Shown one piece after another: positions 49,501 to 57,182 of a DNA stretch of 64,000 nucleotides (position 1 is the first letter of the stretch; the number at the start of each line of letters is the position of its first letter). The stretch covers positions 3,104,001 through 3,168,000 of the forward strand of contig CAXXKJ010000002.1 in NCBI GenBank assembly GCA_963675295.2. The letters are read 5' to 3'. The position numbers and the translations under genes were made by a program. This DNA comes from a bacterium. Its GTDB lineage: Bacteria; Electryoneota; Electryoneia; Electryoneales; Electryoneaceae. Under the pieces are notes generated by a model. That model did no database searches, had not been told where the DNA came from, and was given only the letters and a program-made list of their open reading frames with translations.

Positions 49501-49766
49501 TTGGCAACGCGTATCCGAACCCGTTCAACCCGTCCACCAACATCAGCTTCAGCATCGACCGTCCCGCATCGGTGAAGCTGGTAGTGTACGACGTGCTCGG
49601 CCGCGAAGTGGTCCGTCTCGTTGACCGTGCGTTGAACGCCGGCCAGTACGAAGTGAACTGGAACGGCATGAGCGAGTACGGTGTGCAGGTTTCGTCCGGC
49701 ATGTACTTCTACCGTCTCGAAGTCAATGACCGCTTGCTCACCCGCCGAATGGTGCTGATGAAGTAA
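46557..49766 (+). CDS. Large secreted repeat (probable beta-propeller) protein with PNPFN/FlgD-like domain
   Basis: Many DGxGG..W.D.R..DLY.Q.IDxxGxxxW repeats; YPNPFN..WNG..VSSGMYFYRL..MVLMK. Confidence 0.85.
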   Translation: MNDKARFLWIGLVLLLVVSSLPSFAQENRWWDPLDGIPVRQGFHIEWFRSVTTNDQGQMAMIWSDTREGGRDLYMQVVNPDGSQVWDQFPDGKRVAWGPNRQEDPHVMATSDGNWIITWIDYRDSGPNEDVGNVYISKIDANGDPMWDDHPDWDLGIPLAVVQNKQLVVQSFDDGNGGAVTIWVDGRNQFAELYGQHINADGDIQWFPTWDPDEPNGIVLAGGDATLSEVGSASYTADTDGNGGMIFGWQDHRIATDKNLYCNRIDADGQLVWADSTGLELSTANGEQARIRMAPDGEGGAFFTWEDRQQSDNYDLLGQHIDADGNVSWTAGGTAICDAIGSQEAPRIVNSAVGEAIVIWEDRRIDNFTFDLYVQRISDNNGSPEFHWGSGTDGYLLTDASSNQREARLFGDGQGGAVFTWKDERNGDDPNSDLFVQRIDVNGDWQWGPDYNGMELCDADNLQTGNIVRLMNSTTIGFVWFDYRLGSPGLFYQIYDMAGNEQLQHNGIEQVYGIDGNGSGPTIIDSGVEGVYYISWRDGRLGQLGEYPFVQRLNAPVMTDEHSFGYAVNGFSMLPGFPDGAQTIEILELQQTAASDGGLISVWKDDREEFLPLVYAQKMDLDGNVLWGDQGVAIAYNPSIDPHDPQQRPLVLPADDGGAFTFFQQVDENYWLQVNAQRLNADGERQWFDGENYSIALTSITEDHAIQAVEYFENGTILIVFQHNDPSNDKDLYAICMNQDGTLAWSEIPICEADELQKSAKTVVVDGGIVVVWEDLRRGESINDLYGQFITPNGDLLWATDGVIMAEDDAQQNEARLQSSGYDADWFWLTWKSSADGVTEDVFTQRFDLDGDPLLIPAEGVQLGVDTNPQQEPEAVMDGSGGLYVMWEENIDGQIFSDLVYTHIDINGDVNLEPDGEFLCAGYHRQAEVSAVPDGLDGFIAVWRDNRSTGKQELENIYTQRVNMFVGVEEKPEAAQPMKIELGNAYPNPFNPSTNISFSIDRPASVKLVVYDVLGREVVRLVDRALNAGQYEVNWNGMSEYGVQVSSGMYFYRLEVNDRLLTRRMVLMK

Positions 49767-49789
49767 GCGGGCAGCTTTTTTGAGTTTCC

Positions 49790-49824
49790 AGGGCATTCCG
49801 CAAGATTCGCGGGATGCCCTTTTT
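49790..49824 (+). terminator. Rho-independent terminator
   Basis: GGGCATTCCGC-AAGATTC-GCGGGATGCCC followed by TTTTT, just after the 49766 stop. Confidence 0.75.
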
Positions 49825-49908
49825 GGTTCCGCGAGCGTGATTCACGTTCGACTCAGCCCGCCCCCCATGCCCATCGCTATATTCCGGCACGGATTCGGGA
49901 GCCCCAGG

Positions 49909-50307
49909 ATGAATATTTCCAGCATTCTGCACGAACGGGAAAGCGAACAAACCCTTGAAGTTGCACGCGAAGGGCTTGAGCAGCAAACGGATGTTCCCGA
50001 AAGTGTGCTGATGAACCGCGTGCAGGTGATTCTTGCGGAAAAGCGGACCTCGCTCGCGGTGCTACGGACGGGGATTGGCCTGCTCACGTTACCGATGACC
50101 ATCGTCGCTTTCCTGGTGACCACCTCCTCATTCTGGGACCCACTGGAAAACCTTGTTTTCCTGATCCCGTTGTTTATTCTGAACACCGCACTTGCCACGA
50201 TGGGGATTGCATTGATTATCCGTGCGTGGAAACGTATCCGAAATTTTGACCGTGCGATCGAAGCCATCAAGAAACACGCGAATACCCTGGGTTATGTCAT
50301 TCCATGA
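49909..50307 (+). CDS. DUF202-like small membrane protein
   Basis: LAEKRTSLAVLRTGI followed by two TM segments. Confidence 0.65.
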   Translation: MNISSILHERESEQTLEVAREGLEQQTDVPESVLMNRVQVILAEKRTSLAVLRTGIGLLTLPMTIVAFLVTTSSFWDPLENLVFLIPLFILNTALATMGIALIIRAWKRIRNFDRAIEAIKKHANTLGYVIP

Positions 50308-50933
50308 CCGGCTTTCCAACACATACAAGAGACTCGCTTTTGCGAACCGGTCTGGCATTTGTGCTGCTGACGGCTCTGCTTCTCGTGCTGTTGTTCGTAC
50401 CAGCAGCGTCCGCACTGCCGCGTATCGGTGAGGTGGAAGCATTCTGGGAAGACAGCCTCGCGATTGTCCGGCCGGAAATCATCGATCCGTTGGATAAGTC
50501 GCTGCAACGGACCCTGCAATCGGGTGTGCCGGTACAGGTTGACATCGAGGTTCGCATCGCACGCACCGGCTATGTTAAAACCGAGCACATCGCTGTGATC
50601 ATCGAGTTCGATGTCTGGACCGGATGGTACCGGGTGACCACTCCCCTGTCCCCCTTCGCGATTGAGGAGTATTCAACGGTCGAGCGGCTGTTCGAACAGG
50701 ACCTGCTGCTGTTGTTCGACGAAGACAAGATCGATCCGGACGACGATTGGTTCATCAAGGTTCGCGCCGGTGCGAAACTGTACGATGGCGACGAAAGCCA
50801 ATCTTCTCACGGCGTCGCGAATGAGCTCAGCGGATTTACCCGTATGATCTTTGAGTTGTTCGGATCGGGAGAGAAGCGCTGCGAGTGGTCGGAGCTGGTC
50901 CGTCTGCCGGAGCGCGGGAGCACCGTCGAATGA
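50304..50933 (+). CDS. DUF4390-like periplasmic protein
   Basis: Signal/TM segment, LQSGVPV, IEFDVWTGWYRV; sits directly upstream of an NtrY-like kinase. Confidence 0.6.
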   Translation: MTGFPTHTRDSLLRTGLAFVLLTALLLVLLFVPAASALPRIGEVEAFWEDSLAIVRPEIIDPLDKSLQRTLQSGVPVQVDIEVRIARTGYVKTEHIAVIIEFDVWTGWYRVTTPLSPFAIEEYSTVERLFEQDLLLLFDEDKIDPDDDWFIKVRAGAKLYDGDESQSSHGVANELSGFTRMIFELFGSGEKRCEWSELVRLPERGSTVE

Positions 50934-52408
50934 CGTTCCGCTGGCGGCTGATCATCGCCCTGCTGCTCGCCGGGATCGTACCATTGATCCCGTTGTACCT
51001 CACCGTTCGCGGGGTGATCCAGACTGGTGTCGAGTCGCTGGCGCCGGAAGAGACGGGCGATGCGATCCAGTCGGCGATGGAACTGGTGCGTGACGAGCTG
51101 CAGTTGATCCGGGATGACCTGCCCGGCAACCTCTCCGCCCTGATGTATGCGATCGATCCTCCCGATCAACCTCCCACCCGTTTTCCCCACCTGCACCCGC
51201 GGCGGGAGCTGTACGTCAACGACGGCGGTGACTGGTATTCGTGGACCAACGATGGCTGGCAATTGTCCGACCCGCCCCCGCCGGTTCGTGAGACCGCGTT
51301 TGGCCAGTTTCCCGAACGTGTCCAGGAACGGCGCTACGACTCCGCCGACCGCGAATGGGTGCTGGTGCACGAGCTGCCGGTCAGCTTCCGCGAGTCCGCG
51401 CTCAGCCTGCAACAGGCAATGGCGGACTGGACGGTGTCAAGCGAGCAACGCAATCGGTTGTTTGCATCGCTGACGTGGACGTTTGTGCTGTACTACGTAG
51501 TAGTAATGCTGCTCTCGATCCTGCTCGGTGCGGCGGTTGTCTGGCCATTGACCCGGCGCATCACCGCGCTCACAGATGTCGCGGAGTCGATTCGCACCGG
51601 GAACGAGGATGTCCGTGCCGACGAGTCGGGTGGCGCCGAAACCGAACGTCTCGCGCGCACCTTCAACTTGATGCTTGAGCGCCTGGTCGCCAGCCGTGTG
51701 CACGCGGCGGAGATGGAAAAACGCGCAGCCTGGCGTGAGCTGGCACCGGTACTCGCCCATGAGATCAAGAACCCGCTGACGCCAATCCAACTGTCGGTGC
51801 AGCAGGTCGCGGAGAGCTACACCGGCGACGACGACCGGTTCGCGAAGACGCTCCGTACCACGCGGGAGATCGTGGACGAAGAGGTTGAACGTCTGCGCAA
51901 CCTGGTGCGGGATTTCGGCGACTTCGCCCGTGCTCCGGCACCGAACCCGGAATCGGTCAACGTGGCGGGATTCGTGGACGACCTCGCCGGGTTGTACGGC
52001 GATCGTGTCGAGGTGGTGTCGAACTGTGACGGTGTCCTCGAGTTTGACCGTGAGCAGGTACGCCGGGCGTTGGTGAATCTGCTCGACAACGCGTGCTCAG
52101 CCTCGGAGGAAGCGGCGTCCATGCGTGACGACGACACGGCAACGGATGATGCGACGGATGCGCGTGTGCGTTTCAGCTGCGAACAGGATGAGTCCGGTCT
52201 GCGCTTCATCATCGAGGACAACGGACCGGGCGTGCCGGAGGATCAACGCGAGTCGATTTTTGAGCCGTACGTTACCACCAAGAGCAACGGTATCGGGCTC
52301 GGCCTGCCGGTGGTCAAAAACACCGCCGAGCAGCACGGTGGGCGGGTGTGGGTGGAACTGTCAGCCGATCTAGGCGGCGCACGGTTTGTGTTCGAGATTC
52401 AGGCGTAG
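50930..52408 (+). CDS. HAMP histidine kinase, NtrY-like
   Basis: AWRELAPVLAHEIKNPLTPIQL, NLLDNA, DNGPGV, GIGLGL. Confidence 0.9.
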   Translation: MTFRWRLIIALLLAGIVPLIPLYLTVRGVIQTGVESLAPEETGDAIQSAMELVRDELQLIRDDLPGNLSALMYAIDPPDQPPTRFPHLHPRRELYVNDGGDWYSWTNDGWQLSDPPPPVRETAFGQFPERVQERRYDSADREWVLVHELPVSFRESALSLQQAMADWTVSSEQRNRLFASLTWTFVLYYVVVMLLSILLGAAVVWPLTRRITALTDVAESIRTGNEDVRADESGGAETERLARTFNLMLERLVASRVHAAEMEKRAAWRELAPVLAHEIKNPLTPIQLSVQQVAESYTGDDDRFAKTLRTTREIVDEEVERLRNLVRDFGDFARAPAPNPESVNVAGFVDDLAGLYGDRVEVVSNCDGVLEFDREQVRRALVNLLDNACSASEEAASMRDDDTATDDATDARVRFSCEQDESGLRFIIEDNGPGVPEDQRESIFEPYVTTKSNGIGLGLPVVKNTAEQHGGRVWVELSADLGGARFVFEIQA

Positions 52409-52470
52409 TACTACGGTTCGTGAGTGCGATTGGTGCAGAATATATCTGCAATAATGGCGCGATGCTACGG

Positions 52471-52529
52471 TTGGTGTCATCCTGAATGCGCTTGGTGTCA
52501 TCCTGAATGCGCTTGGTGTCATCCTGAAT
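52471..52529. repeat. 21-bp tandem repeat x~3 (TTGGTGTCATCCTGAATGCGC)
   Basis: Units start at 52471, 52492 and 52513; no spacers. Confidence 0.85.
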
Positions 52530-52642
52530 CCGGCTGTATCGGATGAAGGATCTACCGGATGCAACGCTTGCGGTTCGACGTTGCACCCTCTCCGTATCGT
52601 CAAGCAGATTCTTCACCTCTGCGTTCCGATCAGAATGACACC
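52515..52642. repeat. Nested palindromic element (GTCAT..GAAGGATCT..AGATTCTTC..ATGAC type)
   Basis: GGTGTCATCCTGA/TCAGAATGACACC, TGAAGGATCT/AGATTCTTCA and TGCAACG/CGTTGCA arms. Confidence 0.7.
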
Positions 52643-52659
52643 CTGACCGATTACACATC

Positions 52660-53169
52660 CTACTCTGAATCATCATCCTCGTCGTAGTAGTCGCGATCTC
52701 CGTCGTACGTGCCAACATCATCGTCCAGGTCATCGTCGTCGCTGTCGTCATCGTCCGCGCCGGAACCGTCGTAGTCCTTCTCATCGTCCCACGCCGCGAA
52801 CGCCGCGCCGGGAGCCTTGCGTTTCGGACGCGACGCGCTGCTGCCGCCCATCGCCGCCAGGAGACGTTCGCTATCCTGCCCCTCAAGCAGCGACTCGGTC
52901 AAATCAGTCCAATCCGGGTTGGTTTCTTCGATCAGCTTGACCATACGCTCGCGACGCATGCCTTTCAGCCACTTCTCCGTTTCGATGGCTTCGGACAAGG
53001 TGTCGTAATCTTCAAAATAGACCAGCTGATCCAGCTTGAATTTCTTCGCGTAGCCGCCGATCTGACCGTTTTTATGTTCGATCATCCGGCGTTTCAGGTT
53101 GTTGCTGAAGCCCACGTACAGCAGGCGCGTCTTGTTCGTCAGGATGTAGATCGAATAACGCTTGTTCAC
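52660..53169 (-). CDS. GIY-YIG nuclease family protein with acidic C-terminal tail
   Basis: YSIYIL..LYVGFSNNLKRR..H, LVYFE, AIETEKWLK, NPDWTDL. Confidence 0.9.
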   Translation of the reverse strand: MNKRYSIYILTNKTRLLYVGFSNNLKRRMIEHKNGQIGGYAKKFKLDQLVYFEDYDTLSEAIETEKWLKGMRRERMVKLIEETNPDWTDLTESLLEGQDSERLLAAMGGSSASRPKRKAPGAAFAAWDDEKDYDGSGADDDDSDDDDLDDDVGTYDGDRDYYDEDDDSE

Positions 53170-53218
53170 GGGTATCGCACTCCACAGTAACGAGTGTTGC
53201 TACATGATGTTTTTGATG

Positions 53219-53288
53219 TTCTCAGTTCTCAGTTCTCAGTTCTCAGTCCTCAGTCCTTAGTCCCCAGTCTTGAGACTTGAGACCGGAG
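53219..53288. repeat. Heptamer array TTCTCAG x4 plus about 6 progressively diverged units
   Basis: Read directly from the sequence. Confidence 0.8.
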
Positions 53289-53338
53289 ACGAAAGTCAAC
53301 GCTCCACAGTTGATACTGCGTACCTTACAGGTTTTCCA

Positions 53339-53555
53339 TCGACTTTCGACTTTCGACTTTCGACTTTCGACTTTCGACTTTCGACTTTCGACTTTCGACT
53401 TTCGACTTTCGACTTTCGACTTTCGACTTTCGACTTTCGACTTTCGACTTTCGACTTTCGACTTTCGACTTTCGACTTTCGACTTTCGACTTTCGACTTT
53501 CGACTTTCGACTTTCGACTTTCGACTTTCGACTTTCGACTTTCGACTTTCGACTT
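53339..53555. repeat. Perfect heptamer microsatellite (TCGACTT)x31
   Basis: 217 bp of uninterrupted 7-bp units. Confidence 0.95.
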
Positions 53556-53564
53556 TTTTTCTTC

Positions 53565-54875
53565 CTACTGAAAACTCACCCCATTCTCGAGGCAGTTGGC
53601 GAGCTTGCCGTAGACTTCGTTGATCCGTTCACGGCCCGGATTTGCACCGAGCGAATTGCTGATCCTTCGGGCGAGGGTACCGTGTTCGATGATGGTTTTC
53701 AGCGACGCACCCCAACCGGTTCTCGCCAGGTCTTCCGGTTGCATGCACTGGGTCAGGATGTGATGCCACAGCTCGTTCATCGTCATCGAATCCTTGCCGG
53801 AAACGCCGAACAGTTTGAGGTACTCGCGGTTCCAGATCCGTGTCTGCTCGGCATCACGGATGGCACCGAAGAACAGGCGTTCGAGCAGTTCGCCGGGAAC
53901 TTTGTGCAACTTTGCCACTGAGGTCCATTTCTCAGCCGTCAGCTTCTGCAGCAGGCAGGTGATCAACGCGGCAATCGCGACATCCGCGCCGGGATGCTCC
54001 TGAATGTCGAGCAGCCGGATTTCAATTGCATTGCGGTCAAACCGGGCAATCGCGCCACGGCTGTTCAACCATTCATGCTGCAGCACCCCGTCCGGATCGA
54101 GCGGAGCGATGTCACGGTACATCTTGCGCAAGATCTTGTCCTGGTACGCATCAAGCGAGCGCACCGCTTCCGGGATCACCCGACCGGTGACCGACGGCAC
54201 CCGCTGCTGCATCATGCTGTACGCCATCAACCGGTTGTCCATCAGGCCGGTGAGGCGGCCATCCTGCAACGGTGACGACGCCGCCAGCGCGGGCAGCAAC
54301 GGCAGCACGACACGGATCGCGGCGTGCAAGCGGACAAACTCGTCCTCATCCGCGAACGGCAGATTGATGTGCGTGCTCTGCACGTTCGCCCAGCCATGCC
54401 CCTTGACGCCGAAAATGCGGTCGTACGCTTCGTAGATCTCGTTTTGCGCATGCGGCCACAGCCTGGTCTCCGTCGCGGGGTCCATCCACGGGTGCATTGA
54501 TGTCGGCATCAACATCGCGTCCCACGTGGCGAGGATCTCGTTGGCGCGGCGGACATCGGTCTGGAAGCAGCCGTCCAATGCGATCAGCGATCCACGTGGC
54601 TGCACGGTTTTCATTTCCAGCACGTGCAACACCAGCTCGTTCGACCATGCGGTTTCCGCGAACTCAACCTCGCTCGCGCCTGCTCCACCGGCATAGCCGA
54701 GGATCTTGTCGGCGTCCGGACGGACGGCGAGCGTTTTCCGGTCGACAATCATGTATTCCAATTCGACGCCGAACACGTCGAAAAGGTGCCATGCCTTCTG
54801 AGCCAGGAAGCTCTCTTCGTCCCGGGCTTTCGGCGGCTGCCGTTTCTTGCCTTTCAACAGGGGTTGCACACTCAT
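53565..54875 (-). CDS. Glutamate-cysteine ligase family 2 (GCS2)-like carboxylate-amine ligase
   Basis: FGVELEYMIVD, NELVLHVLEMK, MHPWMDP, QSTHINLP, AASSP, IEIRLLD; ATGA overlap with the upstream gene. Confidence 0.87.
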   Translation of the reverse strand: MSVQPLLKGKKRQPPKARDEESFLAQKAWHLFDVFGVELEYMIVDRKTLAVRPDADKILGYAGGAGASEVEFAETAWSNELVLHVLEMKTVQPRGSLIALDGCFQTDVRRANEILATWDAMLMPTSMHPWMDPATETRLWPHAQNEIYEAYDRIFGVKGHGWANVQSTHINLPFADEDEFVRLHAAIRVVLPLLPALAASSPLQDGRLTGLMDNRLMAYSMMQQRVPSVTGRVIPEAVRSLDAYQDKILRKMYRDIAPLDPDGVLQHEWLNSRGAIARFDRNAIEIRLLDIQEHPGADVAIAALITCLLQKLTAEKWTSVAKLHKVPGELLERLFFGAIRDAEQTRIWNREYLKLFGVSGKDSMTMNELWHHILTQCMQPEDLARTGWGASLKTIIEHGTLARRISNSLGANPGRERINEVYGKLANCLENGVSFQ

Positions 54876-56350
54876 TTTGCTGCCTTTCCGTCCTTGCGTG
54901 CTTCGATGCGTTTCAGGAACACATCCAACACCCGCTGGTAGAGTTCGTCGCCAAGGATGAGGTCCTCGACCCCGTCCTCGACGCTGGGATTGTCGTTCAC
55001 TTCGATGACATACCACTTGCCTCTGACCTGCTTCAGGTCGACTCCGTAGAAGCCGTTTCCGATCGGCGCGGCGGCTTTCAAGGCCAGCGAGACGCATTTT
55101 TTCGGCGCGTCCTCGATCGCGATAGTTTCCCACGCGCCATAGCGTTGCGCCTTCGCATCCTTGCCCCATTTGACGATCTGCCAGTGCTTTTTCGCCATGA
55201 AATAGCGCGATGCATACATCGCGACACCGTCCAGGATGCCGATCCTCCAGTCGTAATCGGTCGGCATGAATTCCTGCGCGATCAGCAGGTCGGAGGTTTC
55301 GAACAGCAGCTTCGACAGGGCGTGCGCCTCTTCGGCGGTATCCGCCTTGTGCACACCCAGCGAGGAGGAGCTGTCCGGCTGCTTGAGGATGATTGGCAGA
55401 CCGATATCCGCCAACACCTGTTGCAGGTTGTCTTTATGCAGGATGCCGGTGCGCGGTGTCGGGATATTGTGCCGGCTGAGCAGTTCCGCGAGGTACACCT
55501 TGTTCGTGCAGCGCAGGATGGACTGCGGATCGTCGATCACGACCAGCCCTTCCGCGGCAGCCCGGCGGCTGAAGCGATAGGTGTGATGGTTGACGGCGGT
55601 CGTCTCACGGATGAACAGCGCGTCGAACTCGGACAGACGCCCGTAATCGCCCCGGCCGATGCGTTCGCAGGCGATCCCGATGTTTTCCGCCGTCTTCTCA
55701 AACCGTCGGATGGCACGTTCAGTGCTCGGCGACGTCGGATCCTGCGGGTTGTAGAGGATCGCGAGATCGAAACGGGACGGCACTGCCTTGCGTTCCGAAT
55801 GCCGCCGTTTCGAGAAATAATCCCGTGCCGCGCCAATGGCGAAGTCGCGGTGATGATCCGGAATCGCGCTGGTCGGGATCGCGTTGACGTCACGTAGCAT
55901 CCACTCCCCGGCCCGGGTCGTCACGAACGACGCCCGCAGTAGTGGAGCCGGAAACAGCCGGAACAGCGAGGACGCCAGCCGGTCATGCCGTTTCGCGAGA
56001 TTCTTCCCGAAATAGATCGACAGCTCGAATTTGTCCGAGGCGATGGTCTTCAGGCTCGAATGGATCTGGCTGGCGAGTTCATCCCCGGCGGAGCGAACAA
56101 TGGCGGGTGTGCGCAGATCGCGCAGCGTCATCACCCGCGGCAGCACCTTGTGACCGCGTGCTTCGGCGAGCAATGACACGTAGTAGCCGTACGACTGGTA
56201 CTTGTACGAGCGGCAAAGGTTGAACACTTTGACCCGACGCGTGCCGGTCCATTCCGGGTCGCTGAGATATGCACGGGCGGTGACCACACGCACGTCCGGC
56301 ATGCTGTCCGGCCAGTCGTTGGCGCGGGTGACGACGACGATCGTCTGCAT
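54872..56350 (-). CDS. RimK-family ATP-grasp ligase with N-terminal RLAN domain
   Basis: NLCRSYKYQSYGYYVSLLAEARGH, ALFIRETT, CTNKVYL, QEFMPTDYDWRIG, YGVDLK, IEVNDNP. Confidence 0.92.
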   Translation of the reverse strand: MQTIVVVTRANDWPDSMPDVRVVTARAYLSDPEWTGTRRVKVFNLCRSYKYQSYGYYVSLLAEARGHKVLPRVMTLRDLRTPAIVRSAGDELASQIHSSLKTIASDKFELSIYFGKNLAKRHDRLASSLFRLFPAPLLRASFVTTRAGEWMLRDVNAIPTSAIPDHHRDFAIGAARDYFSKRRHSERKAVPSRFDLAILYNPQDPTSPSTERAIRRFEKTAENIGIACERIGRGDYGRLSEFDALFIRETTAVNHHTYRFSRRAAAEGLVVIDDPQSILRCTNKVYLAELLSRHNIPTPRTGILHKDNLQQVLADIGLPIILKQPDSSSSLGVHKADTAEEAHALSKLLFETSDLLIAQEFMPTDYDWRIGILDGVAMYASRYFMAKKHWQIVKWGKDAKAQRYGAWETIAIEDAPKKCVSLALKAAAPIGNGFYGVDLKQVRGKWYVIEVNDNPSVEDGVEDLILGDELYQRVLDVFLKRIEARKDGKAAK

Positions 56351-57066
56351 CAGCGGCCAGCTCCGGGTGGTTCGAGCACGAGCAGGTCGGCGTCGTGCGT
56401 CAACACGCCGAGGAAGATCGCGCCGGCGAGGCGATGGGTCGGAACGTGAATCTCGCCCCCGCGTCCGCCACTGACACGTAGCAACGGATCCTGCACGCAG
56501 AACTCGTCGCGGGATTCGTCGTAGCCGTTGATGACGACGAAGTGTCCGGCGGAGGTGCCGCGGATGTCGTCATACTCTTCGTCCCACATCCTCTCACGCG
56601 CCGAGTGGTGCAACCACGTCGCGCTCAGACCGGTGATGATCGGCCAACCGTTGCGGAGTTGGGCTGCAAGCAACTCGTTGGTGATGTCCGCCAACCGAAT
56701 CACCCCTCCACGCCGCAGAAAACCGAGGTAGGCGCGAGTCGCGATCAGCAGATTGCTGTCGCTCTTCGCCTGCGCCTGTTCCTCCAGTTTCTGCGCGAGC
56801 GTGCTCCCCTTCCAACCAAACCAGGTCGGATCGAAGACACGCAGGTTGCAGGTGTAGAGGGTCGCCTGGTAGCCTCGCGACAGGGCGTGCTGGCCGAGCA
56901 GGGCGGCGAGGGTGCCGCCTGTTTCGAGGCTGCGGACCTGTGCGATCAGGTCCGGAAGGTCGATGCTGTCGCCGAAGAAACGGTAGACAGCTTGCAGGCA
57001 GGTTGGCCCGCAGGTAACATCATCCGGCTGAGACAGTAGCTCAAGCCGAAGCCGGGTCGTGCTCAC
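56350..57066 (-). CDS. Peptidase C39-like (papain-fold) protein
   Basis: QPDDVTCGPTCL (Cys), GHFVVINGYD (His), VQDP (Asp). Confidence 0.82.
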   Translation of the reverse strand: MSTTRLRLELLSQPDDVTCGPTCLQAVYRFFGDSIDLPDLIAQVRSLETGGTLAALLGQHALSRGYQATLYTCNLRVFDPTWFGWKGSTLAQKLEEQAQAKSDSNLLIATRAYLGFLRRGGVIRLADITNELLAAQLRNGWPIITGLSATWLHHSARERMWDEEYDDIRGTSAGHFVVINGYDESRDEFCVQDPLLRVSGGRGGEIHVPTHRLAGAIFLGVLTHDADLLVLEPPGAGR

Positions 57067-57111
57067 GAGTTGCTGGATCGCCTCCTATCAGAAATCCGAG
57101 GGTATAAAATA

Positions 57112-57135
57112 CGCCGGTTTCTACTGAAACCGGCG
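57112..57135 (-). terminator. Rho-independent terminator
   Basis: CGCCGGTTTC-TACT-GAAACCGGCG with a T-rich tail on the minus strand, after the 57183 stop. Confidence 0.65.
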
Positions 57136-57182
57136 CAACAAAATGAGAGGCAAAAACTGGAGCCAGTTGCCAAACGTGTCCC

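Noticed and set aside
47757-49796. 679-aa minus-strand ORF (likewise 27323-29161 + and 492-1511 +)
   Set aside because: Antisense to well-supported genes; no recognisable domains.
52471-52529. Possible mini-CRISPR
   Set aside because: The 21-bp units are contiguous without spacers, and there are no cas genes in the window.
53270-53921. ORFs with FRLSTFD repeats
   Set aside because: Translation of the heptamer microsatellite; no RBS, and they overlap the GCS2 gene antisense.
54876-55169. N-terminal extension of the 534-aa ORF in the track
   Set aside because: It overlaps the RimK gene; the ATG at 54875 with ATGA coupling is the more plausible start.
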